From: an uncultured Thermotogaceae bacterium
GTDB taxonomy: Bacteria; Thermotogota; Thermotogae; MWEM01
Reading direction: 5' to 3'
Length of the DNA stretch: 64,000 bases
NCBI GenBank assembly: GCA_964580185.1
Contig: CAZOJQ010000005.1
Coordinates: 9,691-73,690 of the forward strand
Positions 1 to 9,290 of this stretch are shown in pieces (position 1 is the stretch's first letter; each line of letters starts with the position of its first letter). The notes below the pieces were generated by a model. The model did no database searches, was not told the DNA's origin, and saw only the letters and a list, made by a program, of their open reading frames with translations. Position numbers and translations under genes: made by a program.

Positions 1-1
1 A

Positions 2-991
2 AACCCTGAATTGTTGGTCAATCGGGTATCGATGGTCTATCCTCCTGCGTTTCTGGCGACAAAAGCATTGACTGCACCGGCATTTCAGGGGTTTGGATGG
101 CTCCTGCTCTTTCTGGGGGTACATACTGGCTTGTTTCTGGTCTTGTTGGGTTTCGGAAACCGGTTTTATTTACAAGTATATTCGGATTTGCAGGAGAAAT
201 TTGCCCAACGCAGCGTTTTGAAAGAAGGAGAGCTTGGTTTGAGGTTTGGCGCGCAAAAAGCGCCAATCCGGGCCCTTTGGCAGAGAGAATGGCGGTATTT
301 CTTGCGGGAACCTTCATTTGCCTTTAACGGTTTGGGCGCGGTTGTTATCTTCCCTATTCTCCTCCTCGTAATGGCGGCTGCGGGAACGAGCGGATCCAAT
401 GAAATCAAAGCCTTGACGGAGATGATTCTAGAGTTTTCGCAATTTACGGTGCCGATCGGGATCCTTTTGGGTACCCTACCCGGAGCGATGAATTCATTAT
501 CTTCATCTTTGTTCAGCCGGGAAGGAAAGATGATCAAAGAGCTTCGAATGCTCCCGTTTACGCCAATCCAGATCCTCAAGGTCAAACTGGCGCAAATTCT
601 AAGCCTGAGCCTGATTGGGCCGATTATGACTGGTGTGGCTATGTATATCCTATTTCGGATCAATTTTGGCGAGATCCTTGCGATTGTTTTTGGATCGGCA
701 GTATGCATGACTTTTCTCAATCTAATCCAGGCCCTAATCGACGCCGCTCGTCCGGTTCTGGATTGGGATAACCCCCACAAAGCCATGAAAGCCAATCTCA
801 ATGTTGCTCTTTCCATACCGATCATATTTGGATTCTCTATTGGATTGGGTTTTCTCGGGTTTCTTCTCCAGGATGTCTTACCTCCAATGGGTATGACCGC
901 GCTCTTGTTTTTGATTGGAATCTTCGGTTCATGGATCACATGGCCAGCAGTGGTTAAAAGAACAACGGCATTATTCGCCAGAGATCTCTAG
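2..991 (+). CDS. ABC-2-type transporter permease subunit (5' truncated by window edge)
   Basis: Frame is open from base 2. Multiple hydrophobic TM stretches, with 'REWRYFLREP' and 'SREGK...LRMLP' segments typical of putative ABC exporter permeases. Confidence 0.75.
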   Translation, partial: NPELLVNRVSMVYPPAFLATKALTAPAFQGFGWLLLFLGVHTGLFLVLLGFGNRFYLQVYSDLQEKFAQRSVLKEGELGLRFGAQKAPIRALWQREWRYFLREPSFAFNGLGAVVIFPILLLVMAAAGTSGSNEIKALTEMILEFSQFTVPIGILLGTLPGAMNSLSSSLFSREGKMIKELRMLPFTPIQILKVKLAQILSLSLIGPIMTGVAMYILFRINFGEILAIVFGSAVCMTFLNLIQALIDAARPVLDWDNPHKAMKANLNVALSIPIIFGFSIGLGFLGFLLQDVLPPMGMTALLFLIGIFGSWITWPAVVKRTTALFARDL

Positions 992-1015
992 TTGGGAAAA
1001 CTGTAAGGAGGGAAA

Positions 1016-2338
1016 ATGATGAACAAAAAAGGAATGATCGGAATCTTGTTGATTGGATCGCTCTGTGCGGTGATCTTTTCAGTCAATCCGATCGACCGGG
1101 CGCAGGAATACTTGGGCCATTTTTTTGAGCGCCAGTATGATCAGGCTGCTCGATTCCACGACGAGCAGATGCGGCAAGCTTTTCCAATCGCTGCAATGGC
1201 TCAGAGTGGCTTGCAGATTTGGCAACAGTTTGGGAACCCAGTTCGAATGGTCCAAATCGATACCCGTATTGTTCAGACAAATACGATCGTCAGAATGCAA
1301 GTGGAGATGGACCGCGGGTGGGTCGAGTTCATTGTCTCTGTAACGGAATCGGGAATGGTTGCCGGGTTCTTTCTCGATGTCGTTCCTGAACCGGAGCAGA
1401 AGCTTCCCGAATATATCGACCCAGACCGAATCCAGGATACGGTTCTGACCCTGGGTGAAGAACCATGGACCTTCCGCGTGGGGTTGACGGTGCCCCTTGA
1501 TGCAAAATCCTTCCCTGTTTTAATTATCATGCAAGGTTCGGGAACGCAAGATGTGGACGGGACCATTGGACCCAACAAGATCTATCGAGACATAGCCTAT
1601 GGTCTTGCGACCATGGGAATTGCGGTGGTTCGGATGGAGAAACGGTATTATGGGAAATCCCAGGAGCTTTATGAAACCTTAACACCCAGTATTGAGGATG
1701 AATACACAAACGATGCCCGTACCACCATTGAATGGGTCCGTTCTTTGCCTGGCGCGCGTCAGATTATCCTGGGTGGACATAGTCTGGGAGGGATGGTCGC
1801 GCCCAAAATAGCTTCCATGAGTTCTGAGGTGGATGGGATCGTTCTTTTAGCGAGCACCACAAGGCGGTTGATCGAGGTGATTAAAGACCAGAATCAAGCT
1901 GCTTTCGACGGATTAGAACCGTTGACTCCAGAGTTAAAGGCGTTGAAAGAGCAAGTGTTTGCTTTTCTGGATCGGGTAGTTTCTCATGAAGCGTCTCCTG
2001 AAGAGATGCTGGATACGATTCCGGTATCATACCTGTATGAGCTGGATGGCTATGATCCCTTTTATTGGCTTGAGAAGACGGATCTTCCGGTTTTGGTTCT
2101 CCATGCGGAGGATGATTTTCAGGTTACCGACAAGGATTACCTTCCATTGAAGGAAGCCTTCTATAACCGCGAGTCCTTTTCCTTTGTGTCCTTTCCAGGC
2201 CTTAGCCACCTGTTTATGGATTCAAAGGGGATGAGAGACTTGAAGTCTTTGGAATCCGTCATGGAATTGTATGCCATCCCCGCTTTTGTCGATGAGGGTG
2301 TCATTCGCGTCTTGGCTGAATGGATCTTTGCCTTGTAA
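1016..2338 (+). CDS. Secreted alpha/beta-hydrolase (esterase) with N-terminal DUF3887-like domain, Thermotoga EstD-like
   Basis: RBS AAGGAGGG and an N-terminal signal-like segment. Nucleophile elbow GHSLGG, the 'GSGTQDVDGTIGPNKIYRDIA' block, and C-terminal D (DDFQV) and H (LSHLF). Confidence 0.8.
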   Translation: MMNKKGMIGILLIGSLCAVIFSVNPIDRAQEYLGHFFERQYDQAARFHDEQMRQAFPIAAMAQSGLQIWQQFGNPVRMVQIDTRIVQTNTIVRMQVEMDRGWVEFIVSVTESGMVAGFFLDVVPEPEQKLPEYIDPDRIQDTVLTLGEEPWTFRVGLTVPLDAKSFPVLIIMQGSGTQDVDGTIGPNKIYRDIAYGLATMGIAVVRMEKRYYGKSQELYETLTPSIEDEYTNDARTTIEWVRSLPGARQIILGGHSLGGMVAPKIASMSSEVDGIVLLASTTRRLIEVIKDQNQAAFDGLEPLTPELKALKEQVFAFLDRVVSHEASPEEMLDTIPVSYLYELDGYDPFYWLEKTDLPVLVLHAEDDFQVTDKDYLPLKEAFYNRESFSFVSFPGLSHLFMDSKGMRDLKSLESVMELYAIPAFVDEGVIRVLAEWIFAL

Positions 2339-2361
2339 TACACCAAATCCCGTAAAAAACG

Positions 2362-2389
2362 AAGGGGTGAGCCGTTCTCACCCCTTTTT
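2362..2389 (+). terminator. Rho-independent terminator
   Basis: Stem AAGGGGTGAG / CTCACCCCTT with a 5-nt loop and a T run, 23 nt after the esterase stop. Confidence 0.8.
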
Positions 2390-2426
2390 CTATGAAATAT
2401 CCTTTCCGAAGGCCTGATTCATGGCT

Positions 2427-2454
2427 TTGTATTATAAACAATACGTGCTATAAT
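2427..2454 (+). promoter_or_regulatory. sigma70-type promoter of the gntR-hydrolase-anmK operon
   Basis: TTGTAT-16 nt-TATAAT with extended -10 (TGC-TATAAT). An imperfect inverted repeat TATTATAAACAATA overlaps the spacer. Confidence 0.55.
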
Positions 2455-2478
2455 TATGCGAAGAAAGGGGGGATCAGC

Positions 2479-3221
2479 ATCAACAGCTTAGACCGAACTC
2501 TGCCTGTACCTTTGTACTATCAATTGTACCAAAGGCTCAAAAAGAAGATTATCGAGGGACAATGGCAATCCGAAGACCGGCTTCCATCCGAACATGATTT
2601 GTGCGATACCTATGGAATCAGCAGATTAACGGTTCGGAAGGCTTTGGAGGAGCTGTTTCGGGAGGGCCATATTACGCGAACGCGGGGGAAAGGCACATTT
2701 GTTTCCGAGAAAAAGCGGGAGGAAAACCTGACAACCTTACAAGGGTTTACGCAAGAGGTTCTAAAAAGGGGCAAACCACGAGCTCAACGGTGCTTGATAA
2801 TCGATTGATCCAAGCCCCTCCCGAGGTGCTGCAACCCTTCATCATTTCGGAGGACACACCCGTTATCCTGCTCAAACGATTGAGGTATGTCGATCAACTT
2901 CCCATGGCTTTGGAAAAGGCGTATATAAACCCGAACACGAGTTCGAGAGTCCTAAAGATTTTAAACATGGACTGGGCGCACGATTCCATTTATCGGTTTT
3001 TCCAAGAGGATCTAGGCATCACTTTGGAATATGCGGACGAAACCATTGAAGTTACCCATCCGACCGAAGAAGACGCCGCTTTGTTGAAAATTCATACCCA
3101 AGAAAGCGTGATTCTCCGTCGAAGGTTTACCTACAGTGGCCAAGAGGACTGTATCGAGTATGTCATTTCCCTTTACAGAGCAGATAAATACAAATTTAAG
3201 GTTCGTCTGCGATCGGGATAA
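2479..3221 (+). pseudogene. GntR/HutC-family regulator (wHTH + UTRA), frameshifted, with ATC at the expected start position
   Basis: The wHTH ('PLYYQLY...LPSEHDL...SRLTVRKAL...RGKGTFV') and the UTRA domain ('KRLRYVDQLPMALE...EYVISLYRADKY') are in different frames. One extra base in the A5G4 run at 2763-2771 would join them as ...LKRGQTTSSTVL... into a 247-aa protein. The RBS AAGGGGGG is followed by ATC, not ATG. Confidence 0.8.
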
Positions 3222-3274
3222 TCATCCAGAAAACGGCGAAAGCATAATGATATGAAATTGGGAGGGAACACCCT

Positions 3275-4303
3275 ATGATCGTCAACCAAATTCATCGAAC
3301 TTTCGAAGAAGCCATTCGTGATCAGCTGATTCCCGGAGGTGTTCTCCTCGTGGGAACGAGCGAAAAGGTTTTGTTTCATCAAGGATTTGGAACCTTGGAT
3401 GGACAGATTCCTACCCAGCCTACCAGCATTTATGATTTGGCCAGCGTGACCAAAGTGGTATCGACTTTGCCAGTGATCCTCACTTTGTATCAGCAAGGCC
3501 AAATTGATCTGGAAGATCCGATCCAAAGGTATATCCCCGTGGAGTCCAAAGAGATTCTCATTCGTCATTTGTTAACCCACACCTCGGGATATCCTCCTTA
3601 TTCGGAAGGATGGCGATATACCAAAACATCAGCCGAGTTGGCAAACCTGATCATTACCATCCAACCCCAAAGAGCCCCAGAACAGGAAGTGGTCTATTCA
3701 TGCTTGAACTTTATTCTCCTGATGAAACTGGCTGAATCCGTTACAGGGGATTTCAAAGGGTTTTTGCGTGACCATATTTACGCCCCTTTGCAGATGAATG
3801 ATACAGGGTACTGCCCAGAGCAAACAAGTTCAATCGCTCCAACCTCAATACGCGATGACCGCAGACTCCAAGGACAGGTGGATGACGAATTGGCCTATTA
3901 CTTAGGAGGAGTGAGCGGAAACGCGGGGCTTTTTTCTCATGCGGTCGATCTTTGTCGTTATGCGCAGGCATGGCTGAATCCGGGTCGATTGTTGGTCCCC
4001 ACCCTAATGAAACGCGCGACTCAGCCATGGACGGATTCGATCCCAGGTGATCGAAAAGGTCTTGGATGGATGCTCTTCACACACCGCGTATCCTGTGGAG
4101 CGCTTTTCTCTGACCGTTCTTTCGGGCATACCGGATTCACGGGCACTTCTTTGTGGATTGATCCGTTGAATCAGTTCTTTGTGGTTCTCCTGACCAATCG
4201 AGTTTACTACCGAAGACATGATCAACCCGAATTGATTTGGGCGTTTCGACGGAAGATCCATACTCTCAGCATGGTCGCAAAAGAACAGGGGGAATGGGAA
4301 TGA
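3275..4303 (+). CDS. Serine hydrolase, beta-lactamase/AmpC-like fold (AmiE-like; probable muropeptide amidase or esterase)
   Basis: SxxK (SVTK), YSCLN and HTGFTG motifs. No signal peptide. Coupled to anmK by an ATGA overlap. Confidence 0.8.
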   Translation: MIVNQIHRTFEEAIRDQLIPGGVLLVGTSEKVLFHQGFGTLDGQIPTQPTSIYDLASVTKVVSTLPVILTLYQQGQIDLEDPIQRYIPVESKEILIRHLLTHTSGYPPYSEGWRYTKTSAELANLIITIQPQRAPEQEVVYSCLNFILLMKLAESVTGDFKGFLRDHIYAPLQMNDTGYCPEQTSSIAPTSIRDDRRLQGQVDDELAYYLGGVSGNAGLFSHAVDLCRYAQAWLNPGRLLVPTLMKRATQPWTDSIPGDRKGLGWMLFTHRVSCGALFSDRSFGHTGFTGTSLWIDPLNQFFVVLLTNRVYYRRHDQPELIWAFRRKIHTLSMVAKEQGEWE

Positions 4304-5442
4304 CCCGGATTATTGGAGCCATGTCTGGCACTTCATGCGATGGACTGGACCTTGTGTATTGCGAATTCGAAGGACATGGGATCCAAACCAAGGCAAACCC
4401 GCAGTTTTTTGAGTGGATTCCTTACCCGGACGAAATCCATAAATGGCTGCTTCACATGACTTCTGGAACGGTTTCTGTGGGAGAAGTATGTCAAGGTCAT
4501 GCGTTTCTGGGGGATCTTTTCGGGAAGATGATCCGGGAATACATGGAACGGAACTCCCTTTCGAATCGCGTAGACTTGATCGTCAGTCATGGTCAAACGA
4601 TCTATCACATCACCGAAGTCGGGAACGAGTTCCATGAAACGTCTTCTACTCTGCAAATTGCAGATGGGGATCGGATCAGTGTCATTACGGGAAAGCAAGT
4701 CCTTTCGGATCTACGGGCCAAAGATATGGCAGTAGGCGGACAAGGAGCGCCGTTAGTGGTCTACACAGATTACGCTCTTTTTTCCGTTCCCGAGAAAAAC
4801 ATTGTAATGCTCAATCTGGGGGGCATTGCGAACCTGACTATGCTTCCCGCGAATCACGATTTCCAGCAAGTGATGGCCTTTGATACGGGCCCTTCCAATG
4901 TTTTGATTGATTGGGGCATGCGCACCTTCTTTAATCAACTGTACGACCATCAAGGAGAATGTGCTCGATCTGGGGCGCATAATGATGAACTGTTTCACTT
5001 TCTAATCGAGCTGGAAAAACCCTACGCAGATCAAAAACCTCCGAAATCCACAGGGAAAGAGGTACGGTACAATGAAAGCTATCTGTCCCGCATTTTCCAA
5101 TGGATGTTGGAACATGAAACTCCGCCCCAAGATTTGATCCGTACACTCACCGATTTTACGATTGATTCTGTAATCGACGCGATCCATTCCTACCTGCCAT
5201 CAATAGACAAGATGCTGATTGCCGGGGGAGGCGGATTGAATCCAATGCTTGTTGAAGGCATTCGGAAAGCTCTTCCGGAAGTCGACGTGTCTGTGATGGA
5301 TGAAATGTGGATCAAAGCAAAGGAAGCGATTGCATTTGCTTTAATGGGGAATGAGTACCTTCATCATCGCCCTGCAAACGTTCCTTCTGCAACGGGAGCC
5401 AGTCGGCCAGTCGTTTTGGGAAAGCTTTCCCTACCCGATTAA
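4300..5442 (+). CDS. anmK: Anhydro-N-acetylmuramic acid kinase
   Basis: Motifs GAMSGTSCDGLD, HGQT, GGQGAPL, NLGGIANLT, DTGPSN, PPKSTGKE, KEAIAFA and NVPSATGA. Start moved to the ATG at 4300, which overlaps the upstream TGA. Confidence 0.93.
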   Translation: MTRIIGAMSGTSCDGLDLVYCEFEGHGIQTKANPQFFEWIPYPDEIHKWLLHMTSGTVSVGEVCQGHAFLGDLFGKMIREYMERNSLSNRVDLIVSHGQTIYHITEVGNEFHETSSTLQIADGDRISVITGKQVLSDLRAKDMAVGGQGAPLVVYTDYALFSVPEKNIVMLNLGGIANLTMLPANHDFQQVMAFDTGPSNVLIDWGMRTFFNQLYDHQGECARSGAHNDELFHFLIELEKPYADQKPPKSTGKEVRYNESYLSRIFQWMLEHETPPQDLIRTLTDFTIDSVIDAIHSYLPSIDKMLIAGGGGLNPMLVEGIRKALPEVDVSVMDEMWIKAKEAIAFALMGNEYLHHRPANVPSATGASRPVVLGKLSLPD

Positions 5443-5465
5443 TCATTGAAAGAGAGTGAACCGGT

Positions 5466-6620
5466 TCATTCTTTGGAACGGTTAATAATTCGTCCTTTCC
5501 AAGTAAGGTCGGTTTTTTTCCCTCGGAAGGATGCTATGAAAATGGGAAGCATGGCGAAGTACCCCAAAGGAGCCACAAGGGAGAATTTCCAGGGCGTTCG
5601 GATCATCCGGTCTGTCAAAACCCGACTGAGCCATGATCCAATGGCAACAATGATCGGGATCCAATAGATTCCGTTTTGAACGTGGTATCCAAGAAGGATC
5701 CAAGGAGAAATTTGGTATAAAAAGAGGCCAAATATGGTCAGGAGCATAAGGGGTGTCGAATACCCCATCGTTGCGAAGGCGTTTTTGGAAAAGCCCCGAA
5801 ATGCATCCCGATAGTTTTGATACATGTGTGTTTGAATCATATGGGCTATGTAGGTAAAGATAATCTTCCCTCCCCCTTTTTTTGCTTCCAAAGGCAGATG
5901 AAAATCATCAACGATTCGATTGCGGATCTTTTGGTGACCGCCTACGCGATTGTACAAGGGTTTGGAGATCGCCATATATTGGCCGATGCTGGCGACTGGA
6001 AACCACCATCGGCTTTTGGGGATCAAACGAATCGGTACGATTCCGAAGATCAACCAGCTCATGTATGGGACTGTAAAGCCGACGCCTAGGCTTTTCATCA
6101 TTTGCGTGGGGAATCCAGAGATGAAATCAGCTTTGGTTAGGTAAATCAGTTCACTCAGTTTTTCTAAGTTGTCTTCAGAGAACCGTGTATCAGCATCAAT
6201 AAAAACAAAGAAATCCCCAGAAGCTTCTTGAGCGAGTTGGTGACATGCCCAGTTCTTTCCAATCCAGCCTTTCGGCAGCGGTTTTCCCGTCATTAGTTTC
6301 AAACGAGGATCTAGGGTTTTTTGGATGATGGATAAAGTTTGGTCAGTTGATTGATCATCCAATACAATGACTTCGAATCTCGGATACGGATTGGCCAAAA
6401 CCGATCGGATGCACTTTTCAATCATGTCTTCTTCGTTTCGTGCTGGAATCAACACAGAGAAAAAGGGACGGTTTTTTCTGTCCCTTTTTCTTTGGATATT
6501 TAGTTTTCTCGATGCGCGGTTCCATCGAGTATATTCCCAAAGATTCCAGAGGATATACCCGATATGAATCAACACAAACCAAAGGCTGAAAAGGGTAAAT
6601 CCCCATAGAATACTCTGCAT
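5466..6620 (-). CDS. Membrane glycosyltransferase family 2 (CrtQ-like subtype)
   Basis: N-terminal TM, then 'SVLIPARNEE', 'VLDDQSTD', 'GWIGKNWACHQL', DAD and 'VDDFHL', and C-terminal TMs. Confidence 0.85.
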   Translation of the reverse strand: MQSILWGFTLFSLWFVLIHIGYILWNLWEYTRWNRASRKLNIQRKRDRKNRPFFSVLIPARNEEDMIEKCIRSVLANPYPRFEVIVLDDQSTDQTLSIIQKTLDPRLKLMTGKPLPKGWIGKNWACHQLAQEASGDFFVFIDADTRFSEDNLEKLSELIYLTKADFISGFPTQMMKSLGVGFTVPYMSWLIFGIVPIRLIPKSRWWFPVASIGQYMAISKPLYNRVGGHQKIRNRIVDDFHLPLEAKKGGGKIIFTYIAHMIQTHMYQNYRDAFRGFSKNAFATMGYSTPLMLLTIFGLFLYQISPWILLGYHVQNGIYWIPIIVAIGSWLSRVLTDRMIRTPWKFSLVAPLGYFAMLPIFIASFRGKKTDLTWKGRIINRSKE

Positions 6621-6622
6621 TT

Positions 6623-6901
6623 CTAGGATTGAGAACCAGCGGATTCAGACTCTTTTTGGGTCTGTTGCTGATGGAGCAACCGAGCGATGTCTTGAACGGT
6701 TTTAATCTCATACAACTTTTGTGGGTCGATCGAGATCCCAGTTTCTTTTTCGAATTCCATCACCATATCGATCAGTTCCAGAGAACTGGCGCCCAGATCA
6801 TCTGTTAGAGTAGATTCCGGTCGGATCTTTGTTGCTTCCAGTTCCAGTTTCTCAACCAGTACCTCAACAACGCGCTTGTAAATTGCTTCCTCTGTCATCA
6901 T
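6623..6901 (-). CDS. Acyl carrier protein (variant SSL attachment motif)
   Basis: Small acidic protein containing 'LTDDLGASSLELIDMVMEFEKETGISI'. Strong RBS GGGAGGAG. Confidence 0.85.
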   Translation of the reverse strand: MMTEEAIYKRVVEVLVEKLELEATKIRPESTLTDDLGASSLELIDMVMEFEKETGISIDPQKLYEIKTVQDIARLLHQQQTQKESESAGSQS

Positions 6902-7043
6902 CGCAATTCTCCTCCCTTTTCACAAACGGATCATTCATGGTTATTGTACCATAAAATTCTCCCGGGTAGGTACCATTCGCGGCGTAACGAAGGGGTCATG
7001 ACCGTTTCTTCCTTCTGTGAATGCCTACAATTGATCAGAAACA

Positions 7044-7052
7044 TGGTATAAT
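7044..7052 (+). promoter_or_regulatory. Extended -10 promoter element upstream of the ferredoxin/AOR/flagellar run
   Basis: TGGTATAAT about 50 nt upstream of the ATG at 7103. No clear -35. Confidence 0.4.
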
Positions 7053-7102
7053 CAATAGGAAAGATATTTCTTTTCTCGTATTATGGGGGGTGCGAAGCCA
7101 TT

Positions 7103-7531
7103 ATGGCCCGATTGCTTCGTGTGATACACCGAGAACAGTGCATTGGATGCTATAGCTGTATGTACGCGTGCAGCAGGCAGTGGTTCCAAGCAATCACTGT
7201 TGAAAAGGCGGCGTTGCGTGTCAAAAACTACCATGGTGTAGAAGGCGCCTTTTCCATAAGGCCATGCTATGGATGCATCAATCCGGATTGCGCGCAGGCT
7301 TGCCCTACCGGAGCTTTGACAGCGCGAAAAGGGGGCGGAATCACATTCAAACCTGATTTATGCTCCCATTGTGGATTATGTGTTCAAGCGTGCGCACCGA
7401 AAGCCCTTCAATGGGATGCTTTGGCAGGGAAACCCATTCCTTGTCATCAGTGTGGAATATGCGTGCAGTTTTGCCCCAATGATGTGATCGCAATGGTTGA
7501 TGTTCCGGAAGGGGGCGAACCGAATGCATGA
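7103..7531 (+). CDS. 4Fe-4S dicluster/polyferredoxin subunit (AOR electron-transfer partner)
   Basis: Cys motifs CIGCYSCMYAC, CYGCINPDCAQACP, CSHCGLCVQAC and CHQCGICVQFCP. Confidence 0.9.
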   Translation: MARLLRVIHREQCIGCYSCMYACSRQWFQAITVEKAALRVKNYHGVEGAFSIRPCYGCINPDCAQACPTGALTARKGGGITFKPDLCSHCGLCVQACAPKALQWDALAGKPIPCHQCGICVQFCPNDVIAMVDVPEGGEPNA

Positions 7532-9290
7532 TTTTTTTCTTCTGGATATCGATTTGTCAAATCAGCGATGGGAAAAGCGGAATATTACTGAGCTCTTCTC
7601 AAAATGGTTGGGTGGGACGGCTGTTTGTTCCGTTCTTCTTGAAGAGTGTGGTATGGATTATGAACCCTATGATCCGAAAGCCCCGATCATTTTTGGGATT
7701 GGCCCCTTCAGTTCGGTCTTTCCTGTAGCCACGAAGACCGTGGCCCTCTTTCGTTCCCCCCTGACCAATGATTTGGGAGAATCCCATGCCGGTGGAAGGC
7801 TAGCCATGGCCATGTATGGCGCTGGATACCAGATGATCCGTCTGCGGGGTATTTTCCCATCCCTCTCATATATTGTCATCGATGAGGACGAAGTCCACTT
7901 CAAAAGGGCCAACTCTCTTAAAGGTATGTCAGCCTTGGCAACAGAACGGGTGTTGAGGGAAAGGGAAGATTCACAGTTTAAGCGTTCAATCGTTCGAATC
8001 GGGCCAGCGGGAGAACGAAAATCCCCTATCGCGTGCGCAACGGTTGACGCCTCAAGGCATTTCGGACGATTGGGCCTGGGCGGAGTGATGGGGAGTAAAA
8101 ACCTGAAAGCGATTGTCGTTTCTGGAGGGCGATACTGGACAATCAACGATCGGAAAGCGATGAACGCCTATTACAAAAAATTATACGATACCGTCGTTCA
8201 TTCCTCTACCATGAAAAAGTACCACAATCTGGGCACCGCAATGAACATCATTCCGATGAGCGCGATCAACGGTCTCCCAACCCGGAATTTTTCTCAAGGA
8301 TTCTTTGAATCAGCGGAACAGATCAGCGGGGAAGCATTTGCTCGTTCATACCTGAGCCAACAAATCGCCTGCGCGCATTGTCAGACTGGTTGTATCCACA
8401 TGGCAACACTCCGGGAAATCTATCATCAAGAAGACAACATGGTCAAAACCATAAAAGTTTCCTATGATCACGAGTTGATTTACGCTTGGGGGAGCAATCT
8501 GTCCATTCAGAGTCCTGAGTCGGTCCTGAGCCTTCTCCTATTTGTCGAGAAGCAAGGATGGGACGCCATCAGTATGGGTGTAACGGTAGCATGGGCCGTG
8601 GAGGCTTTTCAGAAAGGGCATATCACTCAGGAAGATACTGACGGACTGGTTCTCAACTTTGGAGACGCAAAGACCTATATGCAAATATTGGAACGAATTC
8701 AACACTGTTATAACCCATTTTTCCGCAATTTGGAACAAGGGGCAGCATACTGCGCCCGGCAATATGGCGGACAAGATCTTTGCATGACCTTTGGAAAGAA
8801 TGAAGCCCCGGGATATATGACCGGTATTTTCGCCTTCGCCGGATACGCAAGCGGTGTCCGACATTCACATTTGGATGCGGCGGGGTATTCTATAGACCAG
8901 ACCGTTCTTCAACAGCCTATGGAACTACAACAAGCCAACCGGCGCATGTATGACGAAGCATGTTGGAGAATGATTCTGAATTCGTTGGGCATCTGTCTTT
9001 TTGCCCGAAATGTCTATACGCCCTCGATCATCAGCGAAGGACTGTCTCTGTTGGGGTTTGATGGCTTTGATGAAGCCCGATTGCTTTCTTTGGGACGATC
9101 GATCCACGCATTGAAGTATCGGATGAAACGAAAGTGGGGGTTTGATCTGACAAAAGAGAAGCTTCCCGGAAAGCTTACCCAAGTGATGACTAGCACTGGG
9201 AAGCTTTCCGAAGAAGATTATCGGCTCGTTCTGGATCAGTTTGACGCATGGGTGACAGAAGACATCCAACGGTTGGGAGTTCAAACATGA
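7524..9290 (+). CDS. Aldehyde:ferredoxin oxidoreductase family protein (W/Mo-pterin)
   Basis: Motifs RSPLT...ESHAGG, GRLGLGGVMGSKNLKAI, CxxCxxxC (CAHCQTGC), GWDAISMG and LGICLF. Start set at ATG 7524 after RBS GAAGGGGG. Confidence 0.9.
   Translation: MHDFFLLDIDLSNQRWEKRNITELFSKWLGGTAVCSVLLEECGMDYEPYDPKAPIIFGIGPFSSVFPVATKTVALFRSPLTNDLGESHAGGRLAMAMYGAGYQMIRLRGIFPSLSYIVIDEDEVHFKRANSLKGMSALATERVLREREDSQFKRSIVRIGPAGERKSPIACATVDASRHFGRLGLGGVMGSKNLKAIVVSGGRYWTINDRKAMNAYYKKLYDTVVHSSTMKKYHNLGTAMNIIPMSAINGLPTRNFSQGFFESAEQISGEAFARSYLSQQIACAHCQTGCIHMATLREIYHQEDNMVKTIKVSYDHELIYAWGSNLSIQSPESVLSLLLFVEKQGWDAISMGVTVAWAVEAFQKGHITQEDTDGLVLNFGDAKTYMQILERIQHCYNPFFRNLEQGAAYCARQYGGQDLCMTFGKNEAPGYMTGIFAFAGYASGVRHSHLDAAGYSIDQTVLQQPMELQQANRRMYDEACWRMILNSLGICLFARNVYTPSIISEGLSLLGFDGFDEARLLSLGRSIHALKYRMKRKWGFDLTKEKLPGKLTQVMTSTGKLSEEDYRLVLDQFDAWVTEDIQRLGVQT

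Noticed and set aside
166-939. Long antisense ORFs in the track (e.g. 166-939, 43139-43861, 44847-45428, 57854-58891)
   Set aside because: They lie wholly opposite well-supported genes and have no recognisable motifs or RBS, so they are shadow ORFs.
2392-2478. ATG 2392 as the GntR start
   Set aside because: It lies upstream of the predicted promoter, abutting the terminator, and adds a non-homologous extension.
2761-2775. Programmed -1 ribosomal frameshift in gntR
   Set aside because: CTA AAA AGG GGC does not fit X XXY YYZ in the coding frame, and I saw no downstream stimulatory hairpin. An indel is simpler.
3275-4303. Antibiotic-resistance beta-lactamase
   Set aside because: It has no signal peptide, a YSCLN variant of the YxN motif and is coupled to anmK, all of which point to cell-wall recycling.
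5466-6620. Carotenoid glycosyltransferase crtQ as a definite call
   Set aside because: No crtM/N/P/O genes are in the window; the similarity is only at subfamily level.
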